This document shows positions 1 to 9,907 of a stretch of DNA of 64,000 nt, in pieces (position 1 is the stretch's first letter; every line of letters starts with the position of its first letter). The stretch covers positions 64,001-128,000 of the forward strand of contig JBEGVZ010000085.1 of NCBI GenBank assembly GCA_041178085.1. Direction: 5' to 3'. The stretch is from Pseudomonadota bacterium. Lineage in GTDB: Bacteria; Bdellovibrionota_B; Oligoflexia; Oligoflexales; RGVZ01. The position numbers and the translations under genes are program-made. Under the pieces are notes generated by a model, which made no database searches, had not been told where the DNA came from, and worked only from the letters and a program-made list of their open reading frames with translations.

Positions 1-2
1 AA

Positions 3-1424
3 TTCGCAGACGCCCTGGTCGACGTCTTCGCCCAGCACGAAAACCATAAACTTCTTGATGCTGACGGCCACGTCGCAATCGTTGATCAGTTCCTTGACGA
101 CCGGGCCATCCCCGGGCGGGTGCAATCCGCTTTTGACGGTGTGAGTGCGCTCATCGGTGATTTACGCGCCCTGTCGGGGGGCTTTGCCATGAAGCAGCGT
201 GACGCAGACTACCTGGCGTTTCGCTGCGAGGAGCTACGGAAGTTTTCCCCTTCCATCGAGGACCACGACAAGACGAAAGCCTTTTGTGACCAGGCCAAAA
301 ACATCACGTACCTTGTGTCCTCTTTGCGCAAGGCATCTGCGATCGTCGACGAGGGTGGGGGGGATGCTTCAATTGAGCGGTTGCTGCGGGAAGCGGGCCG
401 CGTGCTTGGGCAGGCCGCCGCCAAAATCCCTTCCCTTCAGGCCTTGTCAGACCAGGCTTTTGGTGTGGCCGCGCAGGCTGCCGATTTGAGTGCAGCCCTG
501 GCCAGTGAACTTTCAGGCTGTGACGCCAGCGAGGAGGACGTCGATGCGGCCCAGGCCCGCCTTGCCGGGTACCAGGGACTTTTTCGAAAGATGGGAGTCC
601 TCGATGTTGAATCCCTCGTCGCAGGTTGGCAGCGCATGGAAGAAGAAGTCCGCTTCATCGATTCAGCCGCCAAGGATGCAACGGTTTTGCTGGACAGGTT
701 GGAGCAGGCCGCCGCTGCTTTTCAGAAAGAGGCTGGCCAATTGAGCGCCGCACGCAAAAAAGCGTCCCAGCGTGTAGCAAAGGCCGTCGGCAAGGAACTA
801 TCCGAACTGGCAATGAAAGATGCAAGGCTCGAAGTAGACTTTGTTGAAGCGACATCCGTCGTCAGTGAGATCGCTGAACTCAAAGCTCTGGGTGAATCTG
901 TGACACGAAAGTGGCAGGAACGTGTTCTCCCTCTGCTCAAAGGAGTATCCAGTACCGGCGCTGAAAAGGCGCAGTTTCTGCTTTCAGCAAACGCCGGGGA
1001 ACCTGCCCTTCCCCTCCACAAGGTAGCCTCTGGAGGCGAGGTTTCCCGCATCATGCTCGCCCTGAAAAAAGCCCTCGCTGTCGGGGCCGACACCTGCATT
1101 CTCGTTTTTGACGAGATCGACACGGGGATCTCTGGGCGGGTTGCCGACATTGTCGGGCGAAAACTGGCTGAGCTTGCCGATGGATTCCAGGTGATCTGTA
1201 TCTCCCATTTGCCGCAGGTAGCGGCCTACGCGGATAGCCACTTTCTGGTCCACAAGTACGGCAACAGTAACCGGACGGAATCAACCATCACACGCCTTGA
1301 TGCGGAGAAAAGCCGGATTGAGATTGCGAGGCTGTTGTCAGGGGATGAGGTCACAGATTCAAGCCTGGCACATGCGGCCACCTTGGTGAAAAAAGCCAGG
1401 CACGAGCGCCCATCTTTAACGTGA
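3..1424 (+). CDS. recN: DNA repair protein RecN (5'-partial)
   Basis: Frame is open from position 3 (LVDVFAQHEN, the RecN Q-loop region). It continues into a coiled coil and the C-terminal ABC motifs VASGGEVSRIMLALK, LVFDEIDTGISG and CISHLPQVAA. Confidence 0.96.
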   Translation, partial: FADALVDVFAQHENHKLLDADGHVAIVDQFLDDRAIPGRVQSAFDGVSALIGDLRALSGGFAMKQRDADYLAFRCEELRKFSPSIEDHDKTKAFCDQAKNITYLVSSLRKASAIVDEGGGDASIERLLREAGRVLGQAAAKIPSLQALSDQAFGVAAQAADLSAALASELSGCDASEEDVDAAQARLAGYQGLFRKMGVLDVESLVAGWQRMEEEVRFIDSAAKDATVLLDRLEQAAAAFQKEAGQLSAARKKASQRVAKAVGKELSELAMKDARLEVDFVEATSVVSEIAELKALGESVTRKWQERVLPLLKGVSSTGAEKAQFLLSANAGEPALPLHKVASGGEVSRIMLALKKALAVGADTCILVFDEIDTGISGRVADIVGRKLAELADGFQVICISHLPQVAAYADSHFLVHKYGNSNRTESTITRLDAEKSRIEIARLLSGDEVTDSSLAHAATLVKKARHERPSLT

Positions 1425-1499
1425 TTTTTACATCGGGCAGGGCTGCTTTCGTGATAAAACGCTGATCTTGCACTTATTTGGAGCATTCAGCGGATTATT

Positions 1500-2291
1500 A
1501 TGAGTTACCTACTTCTTTGTATTTTTGTCTTTTCGGCCGCTTACGTGGTCAACATGACATTCATCACAGTTTTTTATCACCGCGGTTTAACCCACGGTGC
1601 AGTCAAATTCTCCCCCGCCACCGCATGGGCCTTGAAGCATCTTGGTATCTGGGTGACCGGACTCGATCCTGTTGCATGGACCTGCATGCACCGGCGTCAT
1701 CACAAGTTCTCTGACACCCCAAAGGATCCCCATTCGCCGGTCCAATTCGGCATCCCGGGTGTTCTTTGGGCGCAGTACCTTGGGTACAACCGTACCGTCA
1801 AAGGGCTGATAGCTGGAGATCCAGAGTACGCAGACTACGTGCGAGACGTCCCCTTTGGAGTCAATTGGCTCAAAGTCCGGAACTTTTGGCTGGCACCGTA
1901 CTTTTTGCATGGGTTTGTCGGGCTTTTCCTTGCTTATGCATTCAACGGCTGGGCGGTTGGGTTCTGCTACTGGTTTGGAATGCTGAGCCACCCGATCCAG
2001 GGCTGGATGGTCAATTCATTCGGTCACGCGGTGGGCTACCGGAATTTTGCAACCGATGACCAGTCGCGAAACAATACCTTCGTGGGATGGACGGTGATGG
2101 GAGAAGGCTTTCAGAACAACCATCACGCATATCCGGCCTCCGCAAAATTCTCTTGCCGCTGGTTTGAATTTGATCCGGGCTGGTTGCTTTGTCTGGGTCT
2201 GGATTCCCTCGGCCTTATCAGCATCGAAAGAGACCTTCTTATCCCCGGCTTTTCCGGCCAGCGGACTGCACCTGCACTTCATCAGCCCTGA
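1500..2291 (+). CDS. Acyl-CoA (delta-9) fatty acid desaturase
   Basis: His boxes HRGLTH, HRRHH and QNNHH; motifs DPHSP, VNSFGH and GEGF; hydrophobic segments. Confidence 0.93.
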   Translation: MSYLLLCIFVFSAAYVVNMTFITVFYHRGLTHGAVKFSPATAWALKHLGIWVTGLDPVAWTCMHRRHHKFSDTPKDPHSPVQFGIPGVLWAQYLGYNRTVKGLIAGDPEYADYVRDVPFGVNWLKVRNFWLAPYFLHGFVGLFLAYAFNGWAVGFCYWFGMLSHPIQGWMVNSFGHAVGYRNFATDDQSRNNTFVGWTVMGEGFQNNHHAYPASAKFSCRWFEFDPGWLLCLGLDSLGLISIERDLLIPGFSGQRTAPALHQP

Positions 2292-2330
2292 AAGAGAAAG
2301 GGGCCTGCACTCGTAAGTGCAGGCCCTTCT
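2291..2330 (-). terminator. Intrinsic terminator of nrdJ (possibly bidirectional)
   Basis: Stem gggcctgcact-cgta-agtgcaggccc (2301-2326) followed on the minus strand by ctttctcttt; lies between convergent genes. Confidence 0.8.
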
Positions 2331-2446
2331 ACGGGGAAAACGGGGCGGGGCAAGGTCTACGGCGGGGGCATCAGCCAGAACAAGACAACTTCAGAAACGG
2401 CGGGGCACACAGAAAACTCATCGGCGGGAGGCGCCGGCCACAGTTT

Positions 2447-5400
2447 TTAGCTGCAGCCGGTGGTCCCACCGCATGAATCACATTTGAGGCAGGCGCCGTT
2501 ACGGACAAGGGTCATGGCCCCACAATCGGGACACGGGTCGCCCTCGTAGCCCTTCATCCGCGCTGCCTTGACAGTGTTTAGACCCTTCTTTGCGGCGATT
2601 TTTTCTGCCATCCGGTCGAACTCTTCTTCCGACAACACGACCGGCACCTTCTTCTCGCCGCCAGCCTGCAGTCCACCCATTGACACGCTGGCTGAGGAAC
2701 CGTGGCCGCCGTTGCCAGAGGTCATTACGACCTGGCCACCCATGGCATCGTCTTCCACAGAGTTTTTGTTGGCGTGGGCCTTGGACTTGGGTGCATCAAT
2801 CTCATCCGGAGCGATATGGACCAGGTCTGTGCGGCCCAGATAGTTGAGCGCAAGGTCCCGGAACATGAAGTCAATGATCGACGTCGCGCGACGAAGGTTG
2901 TCATGACCGGTGACTGGACCGTTTGGCTCAAAGCGTGTGAACGTGAACACGTCCACGTACTCTTCCAGTGGCACGCCGTATTGCAACCCAAGACTCACGG
3001 CGATGGCAAAGCAGTTCATGATGGAGCGCAGGAGCGTTCCTTCTTTGTTCAAGTCGAGGAAGATCTCGCCCACTTGGCCGTCTTCATACTCACCTGTACG
3101 AAGGTAAACGGTGTGGCCACCGATCTTGACCTTCTGGGTGTAACCACTGCGCCGGCTTGGCAGGGGACGGCGCGTCCGGATGTACTCTTTGACGATCTGG
3201 GTGGTGATTTTCTTCACCTGCTCGACCTTGGGTTCCGTATGGTCGATGATGTCGAGCCATTCGGTTGCGGTGGCGTTGAGCGGCTGGCTCAATTTTGAGC
3301 CATCACGGTAAAGGGCGTTCGCCTTGAGCATCATTTTCCAGGATGTCTGGTAGGCCTTGGCCACATCCGACAGCTGGGCCTCAAACGGCAGGTTGATCGT
3401 CTTGCTGATCGCGCCGGAAATAAACGGCTGGGCGGCGGCCATCATGCCGATGTGATTTTCCGCAGCGATATAACGAACACCCTTGCGGCCGCATTTGTTG
3501 GCACAGTCGAACACCGGGAGGTGCTCCGCCTTGAGGTGAGGAGCACCTTCGACCGTCATCGTTCCGCAGACGTACTCATTGGCAACGTCAATATCAGCCT
3601 GGGTGAATCCAATGAGTTTGAGGATGTTGCAGTCCATTGGCTCAAGGTCTTCTTTTTTCAGGCCAAGCTTCGTGATGCAGAATTCCTCGCCGAGTACCCA
3701 CTTGTTGAAGGCAAAAGTGATGTCAAAGGCCTGCGGAAGTTCCTTTTCCACCGCGGCTAGAGCCTCTGGCGTGAAGCCTTTCGCTGCGAGAGATTCGTGG
3801 TTGATCCCGGAAGCGCCTTTCAGCGTCCCGCGGCCAAGGCAGTAGGCGATGATGTCACCCGTCTGCTGGTCGCTGTAACCGAGGTTTTTGAGAGCCACCG
3901 GAATCGACTGGTTGATGATCTTGAAGTAACCGCCACCAGCAAGTTTCTTGAACTTTACCAAGGCAAAGTCGGGCTCGATTCCGGTCGTATCGCAGTCCAT
4001 GAGCAGGCCGATCGTACCAGTCGGCGCGATTACCGTGGTCTGGGCATTGCGAAAGCCATGCTTTTCGCCAAGGGCCAGAGCGTCATCCCAAGCTTTTCGT
4101 GCAGCCGCACCAAGGTCTGCGGGGCAGAGCTTGTGGTTGATCTCGACCGGCTTGATGGTCAAGCCTTCGTATTTTCCGTTCGCGTGGGCTGCAGCGTGGT
4201 GGTTACGAATCACGCGGAGCATATCTGTCTTGTTTTTCTCGTAGTTCGGGAAGGCACCCAGCTCGCGCGCCATTTCGGCGCTGGTGCGGTAACTTTCCCC
4301 GCACATGATGGCCGTAATGGAACCTGTGATGGCGAGTGCCTCTGGCGAACCATAGGGGATGCCCATGCGCATCAGCACAGCGCCAATATTGGCGTAGCCA
4401 AGACCGAGGGTGCGGAAATCCCAGCTCTTGCGGGCGATTTCCTTGCTCGGGAACTGGGCCATCTGCACCGAGATGTCGAGGATGACGGTCCAGATGCGGG
4501 AGGCATGGATGAATGCTTCGATGTTGAAGCCATTTTTCTCGTCATAAAACGTCAGCAGGTTGAGCGAAGCAAGGTTGCACGCCGTGTCGTCAAGGAACAT
4601 GTATTCAGAACAGGGATTGGATGCATTGATCCGGCCGTCTTGCGGACATGTGTGCCACTCGTTGATTGTCGTGTCGAACTGGACACCGGGATCCGCGCAC
4701 GACCATGCAGCGTAGACTATCTTGTCCCACAGCTCGGCCGCCTTGACCGTGCGCATTGTTTCTCCGGTCATGCGGCTTTTGAGTGACCATTCCGTCTTTT
4801 TCTCGACGGCATCCATAAAGGAATTGGGAATGCGTACCGAGTTGTTTGAGTTCTGGCCGGAAACAGTGGAGTAAGCCTCGGAGTTCCAGTCCGTATTAAA
4901 GGTTTCGATCTTGAGCTTGTAATTGCCCTGCTTGGCAAGGTCGATCACGCGCTGGATATAGTTGAGCGGGATGTGTGCTTTTTTGGCCTTGGCCATCGCC
5001 TCACGCAGGGCCTCGTTTTTGGCCGGATTGAAGCGCTCGTCCGTTTTTGCCGCGTCAGCTGGAACCGAGCAGGCCTTCAGAATGGCGTTGAGGTTGTCTT
5101 CCATTGCTTTGGAGCCAGCGACCAGCGATGCAACTTTCTGCTCTTCCTCAACCTTCCATTCGATGAACTTTTCGATGTCCGGATGGTCGAGGTCCAGGCA
5201 GACCATCTTTGCTGCGCGCCGCGTTGTCCCGCCCGATTTGATGGCTCCTGCCGCACGGTCGCCGATTTTAAGGAAGGACATCAGTCCAGAGGATACGCCG
5301 CCACCCGAAAGAGGTTCCCCCTCCCCCCTGATGCTTGAAAAGTTGGTTCCCGTACCGCTGCCATACTTGAACAGGCGCGCTTCGCGCGTCCAAAGGTCCA

Positions 5401-5947
5401 TGATGCCCCCTTCGTTGACGAGGTCGTCACCGACGGCCTGGATGAAACAGGCGTGGGGTTGTGGGCGCTCGTAAGCGCTGGTGGACTTCTGAAGGCGGTT
5501 GGTGGCCGGGTCGACGTAGTAATGACCTTGGCTGGACCCCTTGAGGCCGTATGCGAAATAAAGGCCTGTGTTGAACCATTGTGGGCTGTTGGGCGCACAC
5601 ATTTGATTGGCCAGCATGTGGCAGGTTTCGTCGTAAAACGTCGCAGCGTCTTCGTCGGTATCGAAATAACCGAAGCGGGTTCCCCAGTCGGTCCAGCAAC
5701 CAGCCAGGCGATGGAAAACCTGCCGGCTGTCAGACTCGGAACCGATTTTCGGAATACCCGCACGGCGGAGGTACTTCTGGGCAAGAATGTCCGTCGCGAC
5801 CTGGCTCCAATGCTCGGGCACCGTCACCTTCATCTGGCGGCTGGCCTTGCTGCCATCGGAGTTCTTCAGTTCTGAAGTCCGGTCGACGAACTTCAGTCCC
5901 TCGTAGGGTTGGCCTTTGGTCTTGACAAACAGTCTTTTGAATTTCAT
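2447..5947 (-). CDS. nrdJ: Vitamin B12-dependent (class II) ribonucleotide reductase
   Basis: [35 protein letters not shown] and IAPTGTIG motifs; C-terminal TSCPD-like domain and [19 protein letters not shown] zinc finger; RBS aaggag. Confidence 0.97.
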   Translation of the reverse strand: MKFKRLFVKTKGQPYEGLKFVDRTSELKNSDGSKASRQMKVTVPEHWSQVATDILAQKYLRRAGIPKIGSESDSRQVFHRLAGCWTDWGTRFGYFDTDEDAATFYDETCHMLANQMCAPNSPQWFNTGLYFAYGLKGSSQGHYYVDPATNRLQKSTSAYERPQPHACFIQAVGDDLVNEGGIMDLWTREARLFKYGSGTGTNFSSIRGEGEPLSGGGVSSGLMSFLKIGDRAAGAIKSGGTTRRAAKMVCLDLDHPDIEKFIEWKVEEEQKVASLVAGSKAMEDNLNAILKACSVPADAAKTDERFNPAKNEALREAMAKAKKAHIPLNYIQRVIDLAKQGNYKLKIETFNTDWNSEAYSTVSGQNSNNSVRIPNSFMDAVEKKTEWSLKSRMTGETMRTVKAAELWDKIVYAAWSCADPGVQFDTTINEWHTCPQDGRINASNPCSEYMFLDDTACNLASLNLLTFYDEKNGFNIEAFIHASRIWTVILDISVQMAQFPSKEIARKSWDFRTLGLGYANIGAVLMRMGIPYGSPEALAITGSITAIMCGESYRTSAEMARELGAFPNYEKNKTDMLRVIRNHHAAAHANGKYEGLTIKPVEINHKLCPADLGAAARKAWDDALALGEKHGFRNAQTTVIAPTGTIGLLMDCDTTGIEPDFALVKFKKLAGGGYFKIINQSIPVALKNLGYSDQQTGDIIAYCLGRGTLKGASGINHESLAAKGFTPEALAAVEKELPQAFDITFAFNKWVLGEEFCITKLGLKKEDLEPMDCNILKLIGFTQADIDVANEYVCGTMTVEGAPHLKAEHLPVFDCANKCGRKGVRYIAAENHIGMMAAAQPFISGAISKTINLPFEAQLSDVAKAYQTSWKMMLKANALYRDGSKLSQPLNATATEWLDIIDHTEPKVEQVKKITTQIVKEYIRTRRPLPSRRSGYTQKVKIGGHTVYLRTGEYEDGQVGEIFLDLNKEGTLLRSIMNCFAIAVSLGLQYGVPLEEYVDVFTFTRFEPNGPVTGHDNLRRATSIIDFMFRDLALNYLGRTDLVHIAPDEIDAPKSKAHANKNSVEDDAMGGQVVMTSGNGGHGSSASVSMGGLQAGGEKKVPVVLSEEEFDRMAEKIAAKKGLNTVKAARMKGYEGDPCPDCGAMTLVRNGACLKCDSCGGTTGCS

Positions 5948-6065
5948 GCCCGCACTCCTTGTGACGGCATTGTTGAATCATTTTCTGGCAAAACTTGGCC
6001 TAGGCGGGGGAAACCGCTTTTTTCCTTGTCTCGCCGGGGTGTTATAGAGGAACCAGCTACTAACG

Positions 6066-6095
6066 ATGATAGCCATCGTCCGATGGCGATGTCAA
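6066..6095 (-). promoter_or_regulatory. Sigma-70-type promoter of nrdJ
   Basis: Minus strand TTGACA (6095-6090), 18-nt spacer, TATCAT (6071-6066). Confidence 0.7.
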
Positions 6096-6103
6096 CGGTC
6101 AGG

Positions 6104-6151
6104 ACACAAAATATGGTGTCCACATCTTATCCACAACACCATAGGTTGTGT
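6104..6151. promoter_or_regulatory. Tandem NrdR boxes
   Basis: acacaaaatatggtgt (6104-6119) and acaccataggttgtgt (6136-6151) resemble the consensus acaCwAtATaTwGtgt; starts are 32 bp apart; directly upstream of an RNR gene. Confidence 0.88.
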
Positions 6152-6274
6152 GTTGTTTTTTAGGTGTTCGCCCTATCGTTGCGGAACGACTGCCTCTTCG
6201 GGGACTTTTTGAAAACGTCCCATGAACTTTTCCAACAGGTTATCCACACCCCCTCCGGGGCGTGGTGTGGAAAG
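6127..6274. promoter_or_regulatory. DnaA box cluster upstream of nrdJ
   Basis: Perfect TTATCCACA at 6127-6135 and 6240-6248; one-mismatch box tgtggaaag at 6266-6274. Confidence 0.7.
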
Positions 6275-6278
6275 CGGT

Positions 6279-7865
6279 TCAAAAGCGGGCGATGCGTGGG
6301 GTACCTGCCGACTTTTCCAGACGCTCGATTTCATGCGAACGACTCTCTGGGATGTCGCGCAAATCCGCTTGACCAGACGTCGCAACAGAGGTTTCCGAGC
6401 CCGGTTTTTTCGCACCGGCAATTTTTTTCTCTGAGATGAAAACCTGGATCTGCACAGTGATCGTCTGGTCTCGTGAGATGCGCACGGGCTGGCTGCTGCG
6501 CCGGCGTTCGCCTTCTGTTGCCGTCGACATAACATAGTGCGCCAGCTGGTATTGGCCGGTCACCAACGGCATGCGCGTGGGCCTCTCTGGATTGATATCG
6601 AGCGTGACCCCGGTCAGTTCCGGATCGTGCGCTTCCACACGCAGAAGGTCCGTGATCTGACCTTTGACATAAACCGGCTTGGGTATGATCTCCAGATAAC
6701 CAAGGTGCAACTCAAGGTCTGACACCCCTTTCGGGATTCGCTTGCGGATGTTTCTTGACCCTTCGACACCGAGGTGAACCTCTTGTTCGAAGAAAAGAAG
6801 CGGCACATCAGTCACGCCTTCGTTGAACGGAAAAGGTTGACCGGGCTGGTAAAGGTGGACCTCAAGGTCACCAAGGCAGTTCCACTCCCAAGGGGAGCAT
6901 CCTTGATCGACCTTGACGCTGCGCGCACGCATCTCCACGCTTTCGCCCTCTTCGAGCTCAACGGTCTGGGGCTGGTTGGAACCGCTCAATCGCAGCCTGG
7001 GCGCACCTGGCAATACAGCATATTGCTCGTTCAGATTGAACCAGTGGCCGTTGTTGACCTCGACAAAGAGCGGTGTCCCCCGGATCTGGGAAGACAAGTC
7101 CAGATCCACCTTGTCGTTGGTCGTGATCTTCAGGAAGGCTGGCCTGATAACTCGTTTTTCACCTTCAACCAGCGTTACTTTCATCTTGGTGCCGTTGACT
7201 TCGACCTCATATTCCCCGGGCAACAGGTACATCCAGTGGCCGAAACTTTGCTGCTCAGTGACCGCTACAAGGTTGGTCGCCGGCGAAACAAAATACTTCA
7301 TGTCCGGGGAGGTGCCGGTGGTCGCCTCGACCTTGAGCGCAGACAGCAAAAAACTGCGCGGTCCCTGCGGGGCAGGGGCTTCATGGTCAAAATCAAGGCT
7401 CAATGGCACCATGCCGACCAGGATGTCGTGACTTTCGCCAATCATGTTCAGGCTGAAGCGGCTGCTAAAAAACTGCCGGGATCTTGTTTTCTCCGCGCGC
7501 TCGCACTGGATCGAGAAGCGGTCCTGTTGGTCTGGCGCCATCGATGGCAGGAAGTTAACCTGGTTGGCAACCAGCTCCTTGGTCTGTCCGGCGTAAACAT
7601 GAACCGACTGGCTGGAACAGTCGGCAAGGACGAGGTACCGCCCCGCAGGCAACTTGATGTCCTCGTTGAATTGCCCGACGTGTTCCGACACAAGTTGCAG
7701 GGGATTGTCTGAAGCGATGCGGTAGATCTCATAAAGGCCGCCCGTGGAGCTGGCGACCCGTAGCACGCCAGACCGGTCGCCAAATCCGCAGCCATTTACC
7801 GACAGGGCTGTGAGGATGCAAGCAGATCCCAGGCCCGCAATTTTCTTAAAATGCGAAGGTGCCAC
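6279..7865 (-). CDS. Hypothetical lipoprotein with repeated beta-sandwich-like modules
   Basis: Long ORF; the start is uncertain (track gives 8027; GTG at 7865 minimises overlap with the upstream gene). Signal KKIAGLGSACILTALSVNG-C is lipobox-like; recurring LPAGRY / LPGEYEV / VTGQYQL motifs. Confidence 0.7.
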   Translation of the reverse strand: MAPSHFKKIAGLGSACILTALSVNGCGFGDRSGVLRVASSTGGLYEIYRIASDNPLQLVSEHVGQFNEDIKLPAGRYLVLADCSSQSVHVYAGQTKELVANQVNFLPSMAPDQQDRFSIQCERAEKTRSRQFFSSRFSLNMIGESHDILVGMVPLSLDFDHEAPAPQGPRSFLLSALKVEATTGTSPDMKYFVSPATNLVAVTEQQSFGHWMYLLPGEYEVEVNGTKMKVTLVEGEKRVIRPAFLKITTNDKVDLDLSSQIRGTPLFVEVNNGHWFNLNEQYAVLPGAPRLRLSGSNQPQTVELEEGESVEMRARSVKVDQGCSPWEWNCLGDLEVHLYQPGQPFPFNEGVTDVPLLFFEQEVHLGVEGSRNIRKRIPKGVSDLELHLGYLEIIPKPVYVKGQITDLLRVEAHDPELTGVTLDINPERPTRMPLVTGQYQLAHYVMSTATEGERRRSSQPVRISRDQTITVQIQVFISEKKIAGAKKPGSETSVATSGQADLRDIPESRSHEIERLEKSAGTPRIARF

Positions 7866-8664
7866 CAACACCGATTTGCACCAGCTGGAAACCACCGAAG
7901 CTTGTGTAGACTTTGGGACCAACGGAGATTTTGGGTGCAATTTCCCAGTCAGCGCCCGCGTGAAGCGCCACAATGCCACCATTGGCTTCTGCAGATTTGG
8001 GTGTTTCGAATTCATCAGTCGGCTCAAGATACACGAAAACTAATCCGGCTTCCACACCGGCGATAGCCGTCATTCCCTTGGCCCACGGGGTTTTCAGCCT
8101 GCCTTCCACGCCGCCTAAATAACCCTCCCAGACGCCGCGGAAAGGCAATCCATCCAAGGTTCCGGCCACCGCTACCGGACTGTAGCGGAAAGTGCCCTTG
8201 AACTTCAGGTTTTTACTTTTTCTCAGGCCGATCGTCTCGTTAGGGATGTTGCAATTGACGAACAGGTCCGAGCTACCCTGCCGACCGGAGCCTGATGAGT
8301 TCCAGCTGGAGCCTGGGCGGCTTGCCCACACAAAGTGGACAGCTGTACCGATTTCGATATTGTCCGTGAAGAAGCGCTCCGCCCGGCTCGGCGGTTCAGG
8401 CGCAGGTTTTTCCTCAACGGGCTCGCCTTGCGGTTCCTTGTGGGCCTCGCTGTTCTGGGGGGCGGGGCTGGGCGCCGGCGTCACCTTGGGGCCGAGGCCA
8501 TCCACTGCGGGAGCCGCAGGTGCTTCAGCGTTTTTGTCCGCGGCTTCGATTTCCGCGGCTTTGGGCGAAGGCTTGATTTCGTCAAGTCCCTTGGCCAGAG
8601 CCTGGGTCCCCGCTTGAGCCAGCGCGACAGCTAAGATGATAGGTGAAAATCTTAATCTTTTCAT
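7846..8664 (-). CDS. Putative outer-membrane beta-barrel protein with Pro/Ala-rich N-terminal linker
   Basis: Signal peptide MKRLRF...AQA/ALA, low-complexity Pro/Ala/Glu segment, amphipathic beta-strands and C-terminal QIGVGGTFAF (terminal Phe). Confidence 0.72.
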   Translation of the reverse strand: MKRLRFSPIILAVALAQAGTQALAKGLDEIKPSPKAAEIEAADKNAEAPAAPAVDGLGPKVTPAPSPAPQNSEAHKEPQGEPVEEKPAPEPPSRAERFFTDNIEIGTAVHFVWASRPGSSWNSSGSGRQGSSDLFVNCNIPNETIGLRKSKNLKFKGTFRYSPVAVAGTLDGLPFRGVWEGYLGGVEGRLKTPWAKGMTAIAGVEAGLVFVYLEPTDEFETPKSAEANGGIVALHAGADWEIAPKISVGPKVYTSFGGFQLVQIGVGGTFAF

Positions 8665-8678
8665 CGAGTTGCCCCCGG

Positions 8679-9782
8679 TCACAGCAACAAGTTGAGGTGC
8701 ATGGCATAGCGGCGGTCAGTCAGCAATTCATCCTGCCCGGCAGCGGTACCAAGTTGTTCGGCATAAGAGGCAACCCGAAGCCTGAGCAGCATCAAGTCCA
8801 GCTGCAAGCCTGCGGTCCACTCCCCTTGATGCAGTCCGCCCTGGACCTTGAGGAACTTGCCAAGTCCGTATTCGGTCCCAAAATTGACTTTCTTGCTGTA
8901 GTGGACGGGTCGATTGATGGCCGTAACGTCCGCATTCAGCGTCACATACTGGTTGTCGGTTTTGAACGGCTTGTAGCTGATGCCTGTATTGACTGATGGC
9001 AGGCGGGTATCCGGTGCTCCAAGTGCCTCCCCCTCTCCCACTTTGGTCTTGGTGAAGGGTGTACCGCCGAAATCAAGGACACTCAGGCCGAAAGTGAAGG
9101 GCACAGAGGGGTCGGGACGGAACAGCAATCCGAGGTCGACCCCCTGCCCGTATCCGCCTGTTACGTAGTCCTCCAGCCCGCCTTGCCCCTTTTGGCCGTT
9201 GGTCAATGTATCGATGCTGTCGATGTCAAATGATTCGTCGACTCCGCCCTGCGCCAGAATTTTGTAGTTGAAGCCGAGAGCGAGCCGCTCGCGGAAAAAA
9301 CTGGTCGCGTAGCCGATTGGAAGCGTTAACCTCGGCCCGGCTTTGACGTCGAATGTGATGTCGTTGTGGAAGGTCACCTTGGCTAGAAAATCCAAGGCCA
9401 GCGCAAAGCCAAAGTGCGGGGCGACAAAATACGGCTCGATCCCAAAGACTGCGCCAAGCGGTTTGCCGCCTTGACTCTTGATCAGCTGAATTGACGCCTT
9501 TGTGCTCCCCGAACCTGCTTTGACCAGGTCCTGCACGTCTGACACGGCCGCCAAGGTGTTCTCAGACACCTCGCCGCGCAGGGAGACGACCTCGAAGGTC
9601 CAGTCGTCCAGCCAAGCCAGTCCGGCTGGGTTGTAGTAGAGGGCGTTGAAATCATCCGCCTGGCCGACGAAGGCGTTGCCCATTCCGAGTGGACGCACAC
9701 CGAAGTGTGTCCAGTCAAGCTCGGACGCCATTGCCAAGCCCGATGAAGCAAGACAGGCCATGGCGAGCGCTTTCATGCGCAT
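8679..9782 (-). CDS. Outer-membrane beta-barrel, FadL/TraF/PorV superfamily
   Basis: Signal peptide followed by GVRPLGMGNAFVGQADDFNALYYNPAGL, the N-terminal signature of this barrel superfamily; beta-rich body. Confidence 0.78.
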   Translation of the reverse strand: MRMKALAMACLASSGLAMASELDWTHFGVRPLGMGNAFVGQADDFNALYYNPAGLAWLDDWTFEVVSLRGEVSENTLAAVSDVQDLVKAGSGSTKASIQLIKSQGGKPLGAVFGIEPYFVAPHFGFALALDFLAKVTFHNDITFDVKAGPRLTLPIGYATSFFRERLALGFNYKILAQGGVDESFDIDSIDTLTNGQKGQGGLEDYVTGGYGQGVDLGLLFRPDPSVPFTFGLSVLDFGGTPFTKTKVGEGEALGAPDTRLPSVNTGISYKPFKTDNQYVTLNADVTAINRPVHYSKKVNFGTEYGLGKFLKVQGGLHQGEWTAGLQLDLMLLRLRVASYAEQLGTAAGQDELLTDRRYAMHLNLLL

Positions 9783-9907
9783 CTCGAACCCTCCCTGATG
9801 TATGGACTAGGGGAGCCTACCACAACTGATATGACTTGCGAACGGGCCGATATTGCTGGAAGAAGTTTTCAGGTGATAGGATCTAGCCACCAGACGGAGT
9901 TTTGAAG

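Noticed and set aside
2331..2446. Mini CRISPR array
   Set aside because: Repeat cores are too short and irregularly spaced, and there are no cas genes.
2447..5947. Intein, intron or cobalamin riboswitch associated with nrdJ
   Set aside because: No splice-junction or homing-endonuclease motifs; the length fits long NrdJ forms; no recognisable B12-box in the short leader.
6104..6321. DnaA box cluster as oriC
   Set aside because: Only two perfect boxes, no clear AT-rich unwinding element and no dnaA/dnaN/gidA neighbours; promoter control of nrdJ is the simpler explanation.
8679..9782. Conjugative element suggested by the TraF-like barrel
   Set aside because: No other tra genes, relaxase or integrase; this barrel superfamily is commonly chromosomal.
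9846..9872. GCCGATAT sigma-28 -10 box and an imperfect palindrome (TetR operator) upstream of tetR
   Set aside because: No matching -35 at the right spacing, and the inverted repeat is too weak to call.
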